Shown one piece after another: positions 54,646 to 62,260 of a stretch of 64,000 nt of DNA. The stretch lies in the IMG/VR virus record IMGVR_UViG_3300005343_000007; one strand, given 5' to 3'. Both the position numbers and the translations under genes were made by a program. The stretch is from an uncultured virus (IMG/VR IMGVR_UViG_3300005343_000007). Taxonomy: Duplodnaviria > Heunggongvirae > Uroviricota > Caudoviricetes. Position 1 is the first letter of the stretch; each line of letters opens with the position of its first letter. A model generated the notes under the pieces. It was given only the letters and a program-made list of their open reading frames with translations, had not been told where the DNA came from and did not search any database.

Positions 54646-55899
54646 CTAAGCAACAACTACTCCATTGTTCGAGGTAATCTGCCACTTGGAAAGAAGGTAC
54701 TGGAGATCCACAGAGTCTCCGGCGTCACTAAATGTAAGTGTGGTTCCGCCTTGTAGATTTGTCACCGTCACCACCAAATCACCGCCGTCCGTATTGAGAT
54801 TGATACGTTTGCAAAGCCCGGTTGCTCCTGCCGCTAGTTGCGCCGTAGCTGCTCCGGTGGTTTGAACGGTGGTAACAAATTGGGTTAGAGACAATGCCCC
54901 TAAATCGCCATTTCCAGCCATCGTCTCTGGAACCATGCTGATTATGCCAGAGTAAGAAACATCTACGGCGGTTAATACCTCAATCACCGCATCTCCACCA
55001 TTGTATAGCACCTGACCGCCGCCACCTAAATCAATAATCGAGCCATCGGCGGCAATCAACTGCATCGTATTGGATACAGTGAAAGTTTTCCCTGCCCCAA
55101 TACTTAATCCTGCTCCGGCATTATTAACAATCGTGATTCCATTGATCGTCCCAAAACAGGCAAGGTCCGGCAGGAAGGAGATTTGGTTAGAATCGAAATT
55201 GAAGCTAACTTGCGTAACCCCGGAGTCGTCCTTGAGATTAAACCCACTGGCGTGCGTCGTGATGGTCACGAATCCGCCCGTTACCTCGAAAACCCCGGTT
55301 CCACTGCCACCCGACTGCTTAACGGTCAGGGGCGTGAAAGTGGCTGCGGCTGGCGTTACGCCGCCGATCACCACTCCGTTAATGGTGCCGCTCGTGAATG
55401 CCGCCGCCACGGTCGGTGCCTGCCATTGCGGCACGCCGGAGCTAACACCTAGGATTTGCCCGCTTGATCCGATGCCAAGGCGCGTCAGGGCTCCCGAGTT
55501 GGCGCGGTAGTAGATGTCCCCCTGTGCGTCCGATCCCAGCGCCATTACACTTCCACCAAAGACCGTAGCTGGCCCGATGGCGTTGCCAGTGGTGAAAATC
55601 TTGTTGGTGACGGTGGCCGATCCAGTCGGGGAGAGATAATCGGTGCCAGGAGTGGCAACGACAAAGCCTGAGCCGTTGCCCTTTAGCATCCCTGAGAGCG
55701 TCGTGGTGACCGCCAAAGTACCAGAGCCAGTGATTGGCCCTCCCGAGACGGAAAGGCCCGTAGGGACGCTTAGGTTGACGCTGGTGACGGTTCCTTGGCC
55801 CGTGGCTGCCACCAAGATTGCCCCCACTTCCGCGAGGTTGCTCACGCCCGATATGTCCATGTCCCCCGTAAAGATGGGGTTCTTAATGGGGACGCTCAT
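54646..55899 (-). CDS. Tail fibre protein
   Basis: GTVTSV..SGGPITGSGTL, GDIYY..LTRLGIGSSGQIL repeats. Confidence 0.75.
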   Translation of the reverse strand: MSVPIKNPIFTGDMDISGVSNLAEVGAILVAATGQGTVTSVNLSVPTGLSVSGGPITGSGTLAVTTTLSGMLKGNGSGFVVATPGTDYLSPTGSATVTNKIFTTGNAIGPATVFGGSVMALGSDAQGDIYYRANSGALTRLGIGSSGQILGVSSGVPQWQAPTVAAAFTSGTINGVVIGGVTPAAATFTPLTVKQSGGSGTGVFEVTGGFVTITTHASGFNLKDDSGVTQVSFNFDSNQISFLPDLACFGTINGITIVNNAGAGLSIGAGKTFTVSNTMQLIAADGSIIDLGGGGQVLYNGGDAVIEVLTAVDVSYSGIISMVPETMAGNGDLGALSLTQFVTTVQTTGAATAQLAAGATGLCKRINLNTDGGDLVVTVTNLQGGTTLTFSDAGDSVDLQYLLSKWQITSNNGVVVA

Positions 55900-55927
55900 A
55901 TATTTAGGATGGTTGACGATCAACCAT

Positions 55928-55949
55928 AAATTGTAAAATTTGTTAATTA
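55928..55949. repeat. 22-bp palindromic site 28
   Basis: AAATTGTAAAATTTGTTAATTA. Confidence 0.82.
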
Positions 55950-56564
55950 TTTCGCGGAGAGCCACGGCATACGGTACGCGGCCACTGTCACGGAAGCGAG
56001 TTGGAAGGTAAAGCCGTAACGCGTCGAGCTTGTCATGGTCTGGATCGCCGGAGGATCGGCATCCGCAGGACTCAGCTTTTGCAGGGGTTGCGGCACCACC
56101 ACGGAAGGCGCGGATTCAAAGGGTTCCGCGTACACCACTGAAACCGTATCCACACCCACACCCACATCGGCTTGTCCTTTTTTCACGTCTCCAATATCTG
56201 GCGGGAGAAGGATGTAGGTCGAGACGATGGCGGATGAAGTGGAGGAAGCTGTTTTGGCCGAGATTGGCAGCCTGCCAGCGCCCTCTGAAACCCAAGAGGC
56301 ATTTGCGGCCAGGGCTTTCTTCACCAAGGCTCCCCCTTCGTAAATATCAATCGCCTGCGCCCCCGTATTGGTGACGATGGTTTTATAAGCGGTGGGGTCC
56401 GCCGCCCTTAGTGCCGTGTCGCTGGTAGTGATCGAGGCAATGGTGGTTGTCTCCACGCTGGAATACTGCCCCGAGAGCAAAGATAGGTACACATCCAGTG
56501 CGGCGACGATTCTCCGCAACGCCTCGTTATCTGACATTGGCTCGGCAATTAGATCGTCGCTCAT
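55947..56564 (-). CDS. Structural protein with H-lectin-like C-terminus
   Basis: VVYAEPFESAPSVVV...TRYGFTF...W. Confidence 0.55.
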   Translation of the reverse strand: MSDDLIAEPMSDNEALRRIVAALDVYLSLLSGQYSSVETTTIASITTSDTALRAADPTAYKTIVTNTGAQAIDIYEGGALVKKALAANASWVSEGAGRLPISAKTASSTSSAIVSTYILLPPDIGDVKKGQADVGVGVDTVSVVYAEPFESAPSVVVPQPLQKLSPADADPPAIQTMTSSTRYGFTFQLASVTVAAYRMPWLSAK

Positions 56565-57928
56565 ACTATTTTCAGCGTGTTGGAATCGCTCCACACGTCG
56601 CCAGAAGAGAGCCCGGCGGATGATGTTGGCGCGGCCTGAATATTCAAAACTCCGCTCGCCTTCAGCGTCATGATCTTTGTCTCGCTCGGATAGGCGGCGT
56701 CGCGCCGATAGAAAACAATGTCTCCTCCGGGTTCTACGTCGATGCGCCGGAAGTTTCCGTCTGTCGTCGTCTGAATGATGCGCGCGGCTTTCGCGGTTGC
56801 GCTGCCGCTATCGTATGCCTCCATGTAGGCGACGTTGCGAAAAACCTGCGGGGATGCGCTCGTATTACCCCATCCGAAAGCCGCTCCATAGCTGGAAACC
56901 CCCAGAGAATCTACATCATGCCCGACGCCGAAAACCGTTGAGAACCCCTCGGCGTTCGTATTCTGCATCTTGAGCACGTCATGGCCCACGCTACTCGTTG
57001 CTAGGTAATGATCGGCACCAGAAGTCGAGACGCCGTAGAGCGTACGCCCGTAGAAACCAATGTCGGTACCGTTATCGTACAGGGACGAGCGTACGGAAAG
57101 CCCGGCGGAATTGTGGTAAGCCAGGAAATTTGAGCCGCCGCCAGCCACGGCGATGCCGTAAGTCACTTCGACGTAACCCCGAATACGGTTCAGTGTCTCG
57201 GCGGTTGGCGCGGAGCCGATAAACCCAGCAAGCGCCATATCTCCCGCAAATGGCGCGGAGTCATCTGCGCCGCTGCCTAAGCTTAGTATCGCAGATGTGA
57301 ACGCCAGAAACGACAGCGCAGCCGTGGCGAGCTTGACGCCGTTGACGAAAAGGCTCACTTGCCCACTAACACTTGAGCACTCGATGAAATAGGCTGTTCC
57401 AGCAACCAGAACAGGGCCATCCAAATTGGAATCAAAGGCATTATTGAAAACAATCCGGTTGCTATCATCCATGAATAGCAAGCCACGCTGCCTCTTGGCC
57501 GTGTCTTGATCTCCGAAATGGAGAAGCCACATATACTGCGTAAGGTTGGCGAGCTTCGCCACGCAGCACATATACCAATCTCCGCCGAGGGACGCGCCTC
57601 CCGCCGCCGTGTGCATGGAATCGTTTACCCCATCGAAACGCACGATTGGCTGACTGTTAATTCCACTGGCGGCAGCCTTAAATGTGGGGCGCTTCGTGAG
57701 CGTCTGTGTAGCATTGCGTGCATTACCGCTAGCATCCGTCCACGTAGAAACGGGATCAGCGTCGCTCAGTCCCGTGAGCCGATTCGCCTCAAATAGTGCA
57801 ACCCAAGACGCAATGGATGGAAGATCTAACGCGAGTCCGGTATTCGTAATTGCCGTCAGCGAAGCCGGTAGCGTTCCACCCGCTAGTTGCGCCGCTGAAA
57901 TTCCTCCACCGCCTGTAAAGATCGTCAT
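56561..57928 (-). CDS. Fibre/spike protein with LamG-like domain
   Basis: VSTWTDASGNARNATQ..RPT..IN..FDGVND; C-terminal PTSSAGL..GDVWSD. Confidence 0.7.
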   Translation of the reverse strand: MTIFTGGGGISAAQLAGGTLPASLTAITNTGLALDLPSIASWVALFEANRLTGLSDADPVSTWTDASGNARNATQTLTKRPTFKAAASGINSQPIVRFDGVNDSMHTAAGGASLGGDWYMCCVAKLANLTQYMWLLHFGDQDTAKRQRGLLFMDDSNRIVFNNAFDSNLDGPVLVAGTAYFIECSSVSGQVSLFVNGVKLATAALSFLAFTSAILSLGSGADDSAPFAGDMALAGFIGSAPTAETLNRIRGYVEVTYGIAVAGGGSNFLAYHNSAGLSVRSSLYDNGTDIGFYGRTLYGVSTSGADHYLATSSVGHDVLKMQNTNAEGFSTVFGVGHDVDSLGVSSYGAAFGWGNTSASPQVFRNVAYMEAYDSGSATAKAARIIQTTTDGNFRRIDVEPGGDIVFYRRDAAYPSETKIMTLKASGVLNIQAAPTSSAGLSSGDVWSDSNTLKIV

Positions 57929-58038
57929 ACGGGTGAAATTTGAAATTGACCAATAAGTACAACGAGATCAAAGTGATCGCGCCCAAAAAGTGTATTCAGC
58001 ACTTGGTGGGCGCTAACCTTCACACGAAAGAGACTCGC

Positions 58039-58551
58039 ATGAAAGCTTTTAGAGAAATCCCGAATCTTACCGAAAAAGACAAGTCCCGATTTTGGAGTTA
58101 CGTTAAAATTGGAGTCCCAGATGAATGCTGGGAGTGGCAAGGTGGAAAGCGGTATTTCGGATATGGCAATTTCCATATTGGGAAAATTATCATCGCAAGC
58201 CATCGTGTCTCTTGGTTTATTGCCAACGGTGGTGAATTTGAAAATTGGGAGTGCCTTCACAAATGCGATAACCCGCCATGTTGCAATCCATCCCATCTTT
58301 TCCTTGGAACACATACTGACAATATGCGCGATTGCGCGGAAAAACGCAGAAGTGGCTCGATAGCTAAACGCGCATCCAGACCACGAGGAGAAGGCCACGA
58401 AATGCACAAACTTACAGAGGAAGAAGTTAAGGCAATTCGTTCGCGATACATTTTCGGAATCGTAGGAGCGCAGCAATTGGCGAATGAATTCGAGGTAGCC
58501 AAGCCCACAATATTTCGAATCGTGAAACGAAGGAATTGGACACATATTTAA
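58039..58551 (+). CDS. HNH homing endonuclease (only plus-strand gene)
   Basis: RFWSYV..DECWEWQG..GYG..ASHRVSW..CLHKCDNPPCCNPSHLFLGTHTDNMRD. Confidence 0.9.
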   Translation: MKAFREIPNLTEKDKSRFWSYVKIGVPDECWEWQGGKRYFGYGNFHIGKIIIASHRVSWFIANGGEFENWECLHKCDNPPCCNPSHLFLGTHTDNMRDCAEKRRSGSIAKRASRPRGEGHEMHKLTEEEVKAIRSRYIFGIVGAQQLANEFEVAKPTIFRIVKRRNWTHI

Positions 58552-58907
58552 GTCAAACTTCCAATATAAAGCGTTCCGGCAGAACGGGTGTAGGCAATGG
58601 CAGAAAGGGTATCCGATCCGTCTGCCTCGAATGAGATTGCCTTGCCTGCTGGTAGCGTACCACCGGCCACCGTGCCCACAAAATCATCCGAGGCCAGAAA
58701 CGCCACGCTTTTCTTCCCTGCGGTCACAGACCCCGAAGCGGTTACGGAGGTCAAGGCGGGCGTCCTCGTGGCCCCAGCGCCCGCTTCCGTGTCCACGATC
58801 AAGGGCGAAGTGCCATCCCTTGCACCCCCCAAAATAGCCACCAGCTTTCGAAGTAGCTGCGTCTCCGTATCCCCGAGTGTGTCAGCGTCAAGTGCGATGG
58901 TACTCAT
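58548..58907 (-). CDS. Small structural (decoration-like) protein
   Basis: Ala/Thr/Gly-rich; near the capsid gene. Confidence 0.55.
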   Translation of the reverse strand: MSTIALDADTLGDTETQLLRKLVAILGGARDGTSPLIVDTEAGAGATRTPALTSVTASGSVTAGKKSVAFLASDDFVGTVAGGTLPAGKAISFEADGSDTLSAIAYTRSAGTLYIGSLT

Positions 58908-58911
58908 GCGT

Positions 58912-58933
58912 TAATTGACAAATTTGCTAATTA
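58912..58933. repeat. 22-bp palindromic site 29
   Basis: TAATTGACAAATTTGCTAATTA; supplies the GIY-YIG stop. Confidence 0.95.
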
Positions 58934-59823
58934 TTCAGCGTGATGGGTTGAGGGGTGGGGTGCTGGGTGCATTCGTCAGTATATTTCCAGACGTAGCCGT
59001 AAGCCATTTGGGTTCGTCCCTTCAGGTTGCAGCAAATATTCGCGGTGCATCCGTTGATCGCTTTTGCCGCCAGTGTCACCGATGGGTGAACCGCGATCAG
59101 GGCTCCCGTTCTGGTATCAAATTGAGAAATCGAACGCCAATATATCTTGCGGGTTTCGGTACGCCTCGCAATGGCTTCTTGGCTCATTGGCTTGCGATGG
59201 CACTTCACGCCACTCGCCCTTCGCTGCGCCTTCTTGGAATTGGCGTATCGCCGCTGCGCCGCTGCGCGCATTTTGGCCTTAGTCTCTTCTGTCTTCGGAA
59301 TCCCTCTTGCTCCCTGCGAGTTTTTGATTCGGTGCTCTAGGGTTTGCGTTTTTCCGGTAAGCGCCTTTTTTACCGCCTCTGCCACATGAGGAGGGCGCGG
59401 CACGCCCTTCTTGAGCGCACTCATCCTAGCCTTGTGCTCCTCGGTATGGTGTCGCCCCAGAAAAGACTGCGTGGGGTGCAGGCAGATATTGAATCCGTCC
59501 TCTACCGCCTTTAGGGATCGGATGTAGTAAAGTTCCAACTCGCAAAGATGGCAGGCATCCGCGAAAGCTAGCACCGTTAACTCGAATGCCTCTTCCCCAT
59601 ATTTCCGAATGGCATTGTATAACTTCGGGCTCGATCTGGGTCGAACGCGGGCGCAGGTCCGATGCTCTCCAATTCTCTTCCGCAGGCAGGTTGTTTGACC
59701 AACGTAAAATCTACCCGTCCCGATAAGTCTAAGCGCGTAGATGCACGGCTTGCGCGCAACCACCGAAAGATCGAGTTGGGTAGTGAACATGGCGACAATT
59801 CTAGGCTGAATCGGGTAGAACAA
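58927..59823 (-). CDS. GIY-YIG homing endonuclease with NUMOD3/NUMOD1 repeats
   Basis: CIYAL...FYVGQT..LRKRI..H; HHTEEHKARMS, KTEETKAKM; AYGYVWKY. Confidence 0.88.
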   Translation of the reverse strand: MFYPIQPRIVAMFTTQLDLSVVARKPCIYALRLIGTGRFYVGQTTCLRKRIGEHRTCARVRPRSSPKLYNAIRKYGEEAFELTVLAFADACHLCELELYYIRSLKAVEDGFNICLHPTQSFLGRHHTEEHKARMSALKKGVPRPPHVAEAVKKALTGKTQTLEHRIKNSQGARGIPKTEETKAKMRAAAQRRYANSKKAQRRASGVKCHRKPMSQEAIARRTETRKIYWRSISQFDTRTGALIAVHPSVTLAAKAINGCTANICCNLKGRTQMAYGYVWKYTDECTQHPTPQPITLNN

Positions 59824-59851
59824 TCCAGCCTAGTTTTGTTTAAACAACCGA

Positions 59852-61126
59852 TCAGAGGCTGCTCGTGTCGGAGTACCCGCTGTAATCGCTGCACGTCGCC
59901 AGCCCGAAGTCGCTGATGCAACGCTTGAAGGCAATCGCCATCACGTGATGCGGGCGCTCCGGCTTATAGGAGCGGCTGATCTGATAGCGGTGCTGGCCGA
60001 AGTCCTCGAAGAAGTTGCAATCGTTGTCCGCGATCACCTTGAAATCGAGTTGACCACCGGCAAGCTGCGCGGGCCAGCGGAAGGAGCCTTCGCCCGTGTA
60101 CTCTTCCGGCACGCGGCGGCGAAAAGAGCCCTGGCCCATCAGGAGCATGACCTCGTAGCGGGCGCGCGCCCATGCGGGGTTGATGCGAGCACCGACGCCG
60201 TTGGTCACGGGGGCCGCGTATTCGGGCTCGATGAAGTTCGGCTGCCCAGATGCGTTGAGGGTCGAGAACCGGAGCGGCTGCGGGTCAATGCCAAGGGCGA
60301 AGCCGCGATACGGCCCCTCCCAAGTGTACCCCTTGATGAACTTCTCGCCCGCGCGAAACTGCCCAGCGGCGAGGTAGCGGTGGTCTTCCTTCACGTCCAA
60401 TTCCGTGCGGAGTTGCTCGATGGCCTGCTGTGAGGCCATGATCTTAAAGACGGGCTCCATGTTCTCACCCTCCCACGGTTCGGCCAAGAGATCCTCGCGC
60501 ATGAAATCGCGCGCGAAGATCAGGAGCTTCATCGTCGGGAACGCGGTCGGCACGGCGTTGACGAACGGGGTGTCAATCGCCTGCTGTTCGCCCTGGAACA
60601 TCGTCTCGAACACCTGACCGGCGAGGACGGTCAGCTTGAGTCCGGAGCGGTCAACCAGCGTGGAGCGAACGTCCGCGTTCATGGTCTGGACGATCTGCTT
60701 CTTCATCGCGTCCTCTGCGGCCATGTACGAGCCCTTAAAGGCCGTGCGGGTGGTCTTGACGCAGACGCGGGGGCCACGGCCACGCAAGCTCTGGAGGCGC
60801 TCGGTGTATTCCGTGGTGCCAACCTGCGCCACTTCGCCGCCCGTACCGCAAAGGGTGATGTCGTTCTGAAAGGCGGGGCGCACAAGGCTATGGCCGAGCA
60901 CGGCGCGCTCTTCCACGATGGATCGGGTGACTTCACCCACGCCGGAGGGCAGGGTGCCGCCATCGAGAACGTTGACGAACGGGGAGCGGCGGGCCACCAC
61001 ATAGGCGATATTGCCGAGGATGCGGTTGCTATCGCGGGAGGCGAAGTCTACGGCTTCGCTAAGGTCGATGCAGTCGCCGTAAGGCTTCTGAGGGATGCTG
61101 AAATGCGGAGTTTTGAAGGTTTTCAC
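59852..61126 (-). CDS. Major capsid protein
   Basis: 424 aa, strong codon bias, own promoter, heads the structural operon. Confidence 0.7.
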   Translation of the reverse strand: MKTFKTPHFSIPQKPYGDCIDLSEAVDFASRDSNRILGNIAYVVARRSPFVNVLDGGTLPSGVGEVTRSIVEERAVLGHSLVRPAFQNDITLCGTGGEVAQVGTTEYTERLQSLRGRGPRVCVKTTRTAFKGSYMAAEDAMKKQIVQTMNADVRSTLVDRSGLKLTVLAGQVFETMFQGEQQAIDTPFVNAVPTAFPTMKLLIFARDFMREDLLAEPWEGENMEPVFKIMASQQAIEQLRTELDVKEDHRYLAAGQFRAGEKFIKGYTWEGPYRGFALGIDPQPLRFSTLNASGQPNFIEPEYAAPVTNGVGARINPAWARARYEVMLLMGQGSFRRRVPEEYTGEGSFRWPAQLAGGQLDFKVIADNDCNFFEDFGQHRYQISRSYKPERPHHVMAIAFKRCISDFGLATCSDYSGYSDTSSL

Positions 61127-61254
61127 TGCGAGAAATGGGAGTTGTGGAACCCGAGTGGGCTCCGGTTTGGATCAACTCCCGCAGTGAAAACTGTCTGGCG
61201 TTCGGGGCTTGCGAGTCCGTTTCTTTAAGCAGCACGGAACCGGCTACGGTTTAC

Positions 61255-61283
61255 CTTTTAGTACGTTAACGAATGAGGCGCAA
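61255..61283 (-). promoter_or_regulatory. Capsid-operon promoter
   Basis: TTGCGC-17-TAAAAG; palindrome 4 nt upstream of the -35. Confidence 0.55.
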
Positions 61284-61287
61284 GCGT

Positions 61288-61309
61288 TAATTGCAAAATT
61301 TGCTAATTA
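61288..61309. repeat. 22-bp palindromic site 30
   Basis: TAATTGCAAAATTTGCTAATTA. Confidence 0.9.
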
Positions 61310-61320
61310 TTTTCGGACGC

Positions 61321-61354
61321 AAAAGACCCCGCTCAGATTGCTCCAAGCGGGGTC
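61321..61354 (-). terminator. Rho-independent terminator
   Basis: GACCCCGCT-N12-AGCGGGGTC-TTTT. Confidence 0.8.
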
Positions 61355-61578
61355 CAAGGTTTGTTCATATTCGCCCATTTGACGGATCGGGCTTACGGCT
61401 TGATCCGCTCTCTCGGTATCACGCCCGAGTGCTATGGGTTTAGCCTACTCCCCAATACCCATCGGGGGTGCTGGTTTTTAGCCAGCGCGGCACATCAGTA
61501 GAAAACGGAAGGGGTTTCATATTTGAGCCAATGTACTTTCGCGCATCCCACTCGGGAGCAGCGGTTTTTCAGTGGAGG
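61321..61578 (-). ncRNA. Candidate ~255-nt structured RNA
   Basis: Bounded by promoter TTGCGG-18-CATGAT (61583-61612) and the terminator; serial hairpins. Confidence 0.4.
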
Positions 61579-61625
61579 CTGAATCATGCCACAAGCGTTC
61601 CGTGCGCCGCAAGCACTTTTTCGGA

Positions 61626-61967
61626 TTATTTTTCGGTAGGCTGCTGCTTGTCGCCTGCACCGCTCATGGATTCCTTGCGCTGGCGATCCACGGGCTCAAT
61701 CGGATCGGGCAAGCCGGAAGTACCAGCGGCCACCACTTCGGGATGAAGCTCCCCATCCTGGCCGTGGAGGTTGCGGTTGGGTTCATGGACGAAGGTGCGT
61801 CCCTCGGTTTCCTGCCCCGTCATCACGCTGTTGTTTTGGTTCGGCTGGCGAATCTTCTGCTTCTTGGTGCCAGCGGGTGCTTCGCCGGTTTGGCGTTCGA
61901 TTTCCTGCGCTTCGGCGGATGCGCCCTCAAGATTCGGATCAAGGCCGGGGGTATGTTCTAGTTTCAT
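61626..61967 (-). CDS. Hydrophilic hypothetical protein
   Basis: 113 aa. Confidence 0.6.
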   Translation of the reverse strand: MKLEHTPGLDPNLEGASAEAQEIERQTGEAPAGTKKQKIRQPNQNNSVMTGQETEGRTFVHEPNRNLHGQDGELHPEVVAAGTSGLPDPIEPVDRQRKESMSGAGDKQQPTEK

Positions 61968-62003
61968 GCTCCTGATTCGTTTTCTGGCCTCCCATCGGTC
62001 TTA

Positions 62004-62020
62004 TGGCACACTATTTGCTT
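62004..62020 (+). promoter_or_regulatory. Sigma-54-like -24/-12 element (antisense)
   Basis: TGGCACACTATTTGCTT. Confidence 0.7.
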
Positions 62021-62034
62021 ACTCGCCAAGCCGA

Positions 62035-62056
62035 TAATTAGCAAATTTGTCAATTA
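62035..62056. repeat. 22-bp palindromic site 31
   Basis: TAATTAGCAAATTTGTCAATTA. Confidence 0.95.
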
Positions 62057-62260
62057 TCACGGTTCCTCCATGACGGCGTATTCCCCGCCTTCCGGTTCGG
62101 TTCCAAACGGATTGTGCTCGTAGATCAAATCCGCATCATCAATCTCCGATTCCACTTCCTCTAATCTTTCCTGTTCTACGTGCATCGGGACGCAGATGCA
62201 ATCCCCGTCAAGATCGTGCAAGTCTTCTTCTCCCTTGGGAACTAGGTGAACGGTTTTCAT
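62057..62260 (-). CDS. Small acidic protein
   Basis: HLVP..H..CICVP...YEHN. Confidence 0.55.
   Translation of the reverse strand: MKTVHLVPKGEEDLHDLDGDCICVPMHVEQERLEEVESEIDDADLIYEHNPFGTEPEGGEYAVMEEP

Noticed and set aside
57925..58545. 206-aa minus-strand ORF fitting between two structural genes
   Set aside because: It is antisense to an unambiguous HNH gene and has no recognisable protein features
5089..58933. TTGACA inside the palindrome as a -35 box
   Set aside because: No consistent -10 hexamer at 16-18 nt, orientation is mixed, and several copies lack TTGACA
58927..61126. Group I intron splitting the capsid gene
   Set aside because: The capsid ORF looks complete with its own stop, and only 28 nt separate it from the GIY-YIG ORF, leaving no room for an intron core
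1006..62056. 22-bp repeats as a CRISPR array
   Set aside because: Copies are 0.5-5 kb apart with whole genes between them, occur in both orientations, and no cas genes are present
1006..62056. 22-bp repeats as dif/pdif or integron attC sites
   Set aside because: No XerC/XerD-like arms, no RYYYAAC/GTTRRRY core, too short for attC, no integrase in the window, and one copy lies inside a large virion gene. Recombination by an unknown enzyme is not excluded
5089..62056. Palindromes as intrinsic terminators
   Set aside because: The stem would be AU-rich and mismatched with essentially no loop, and there is no consistent U-tract
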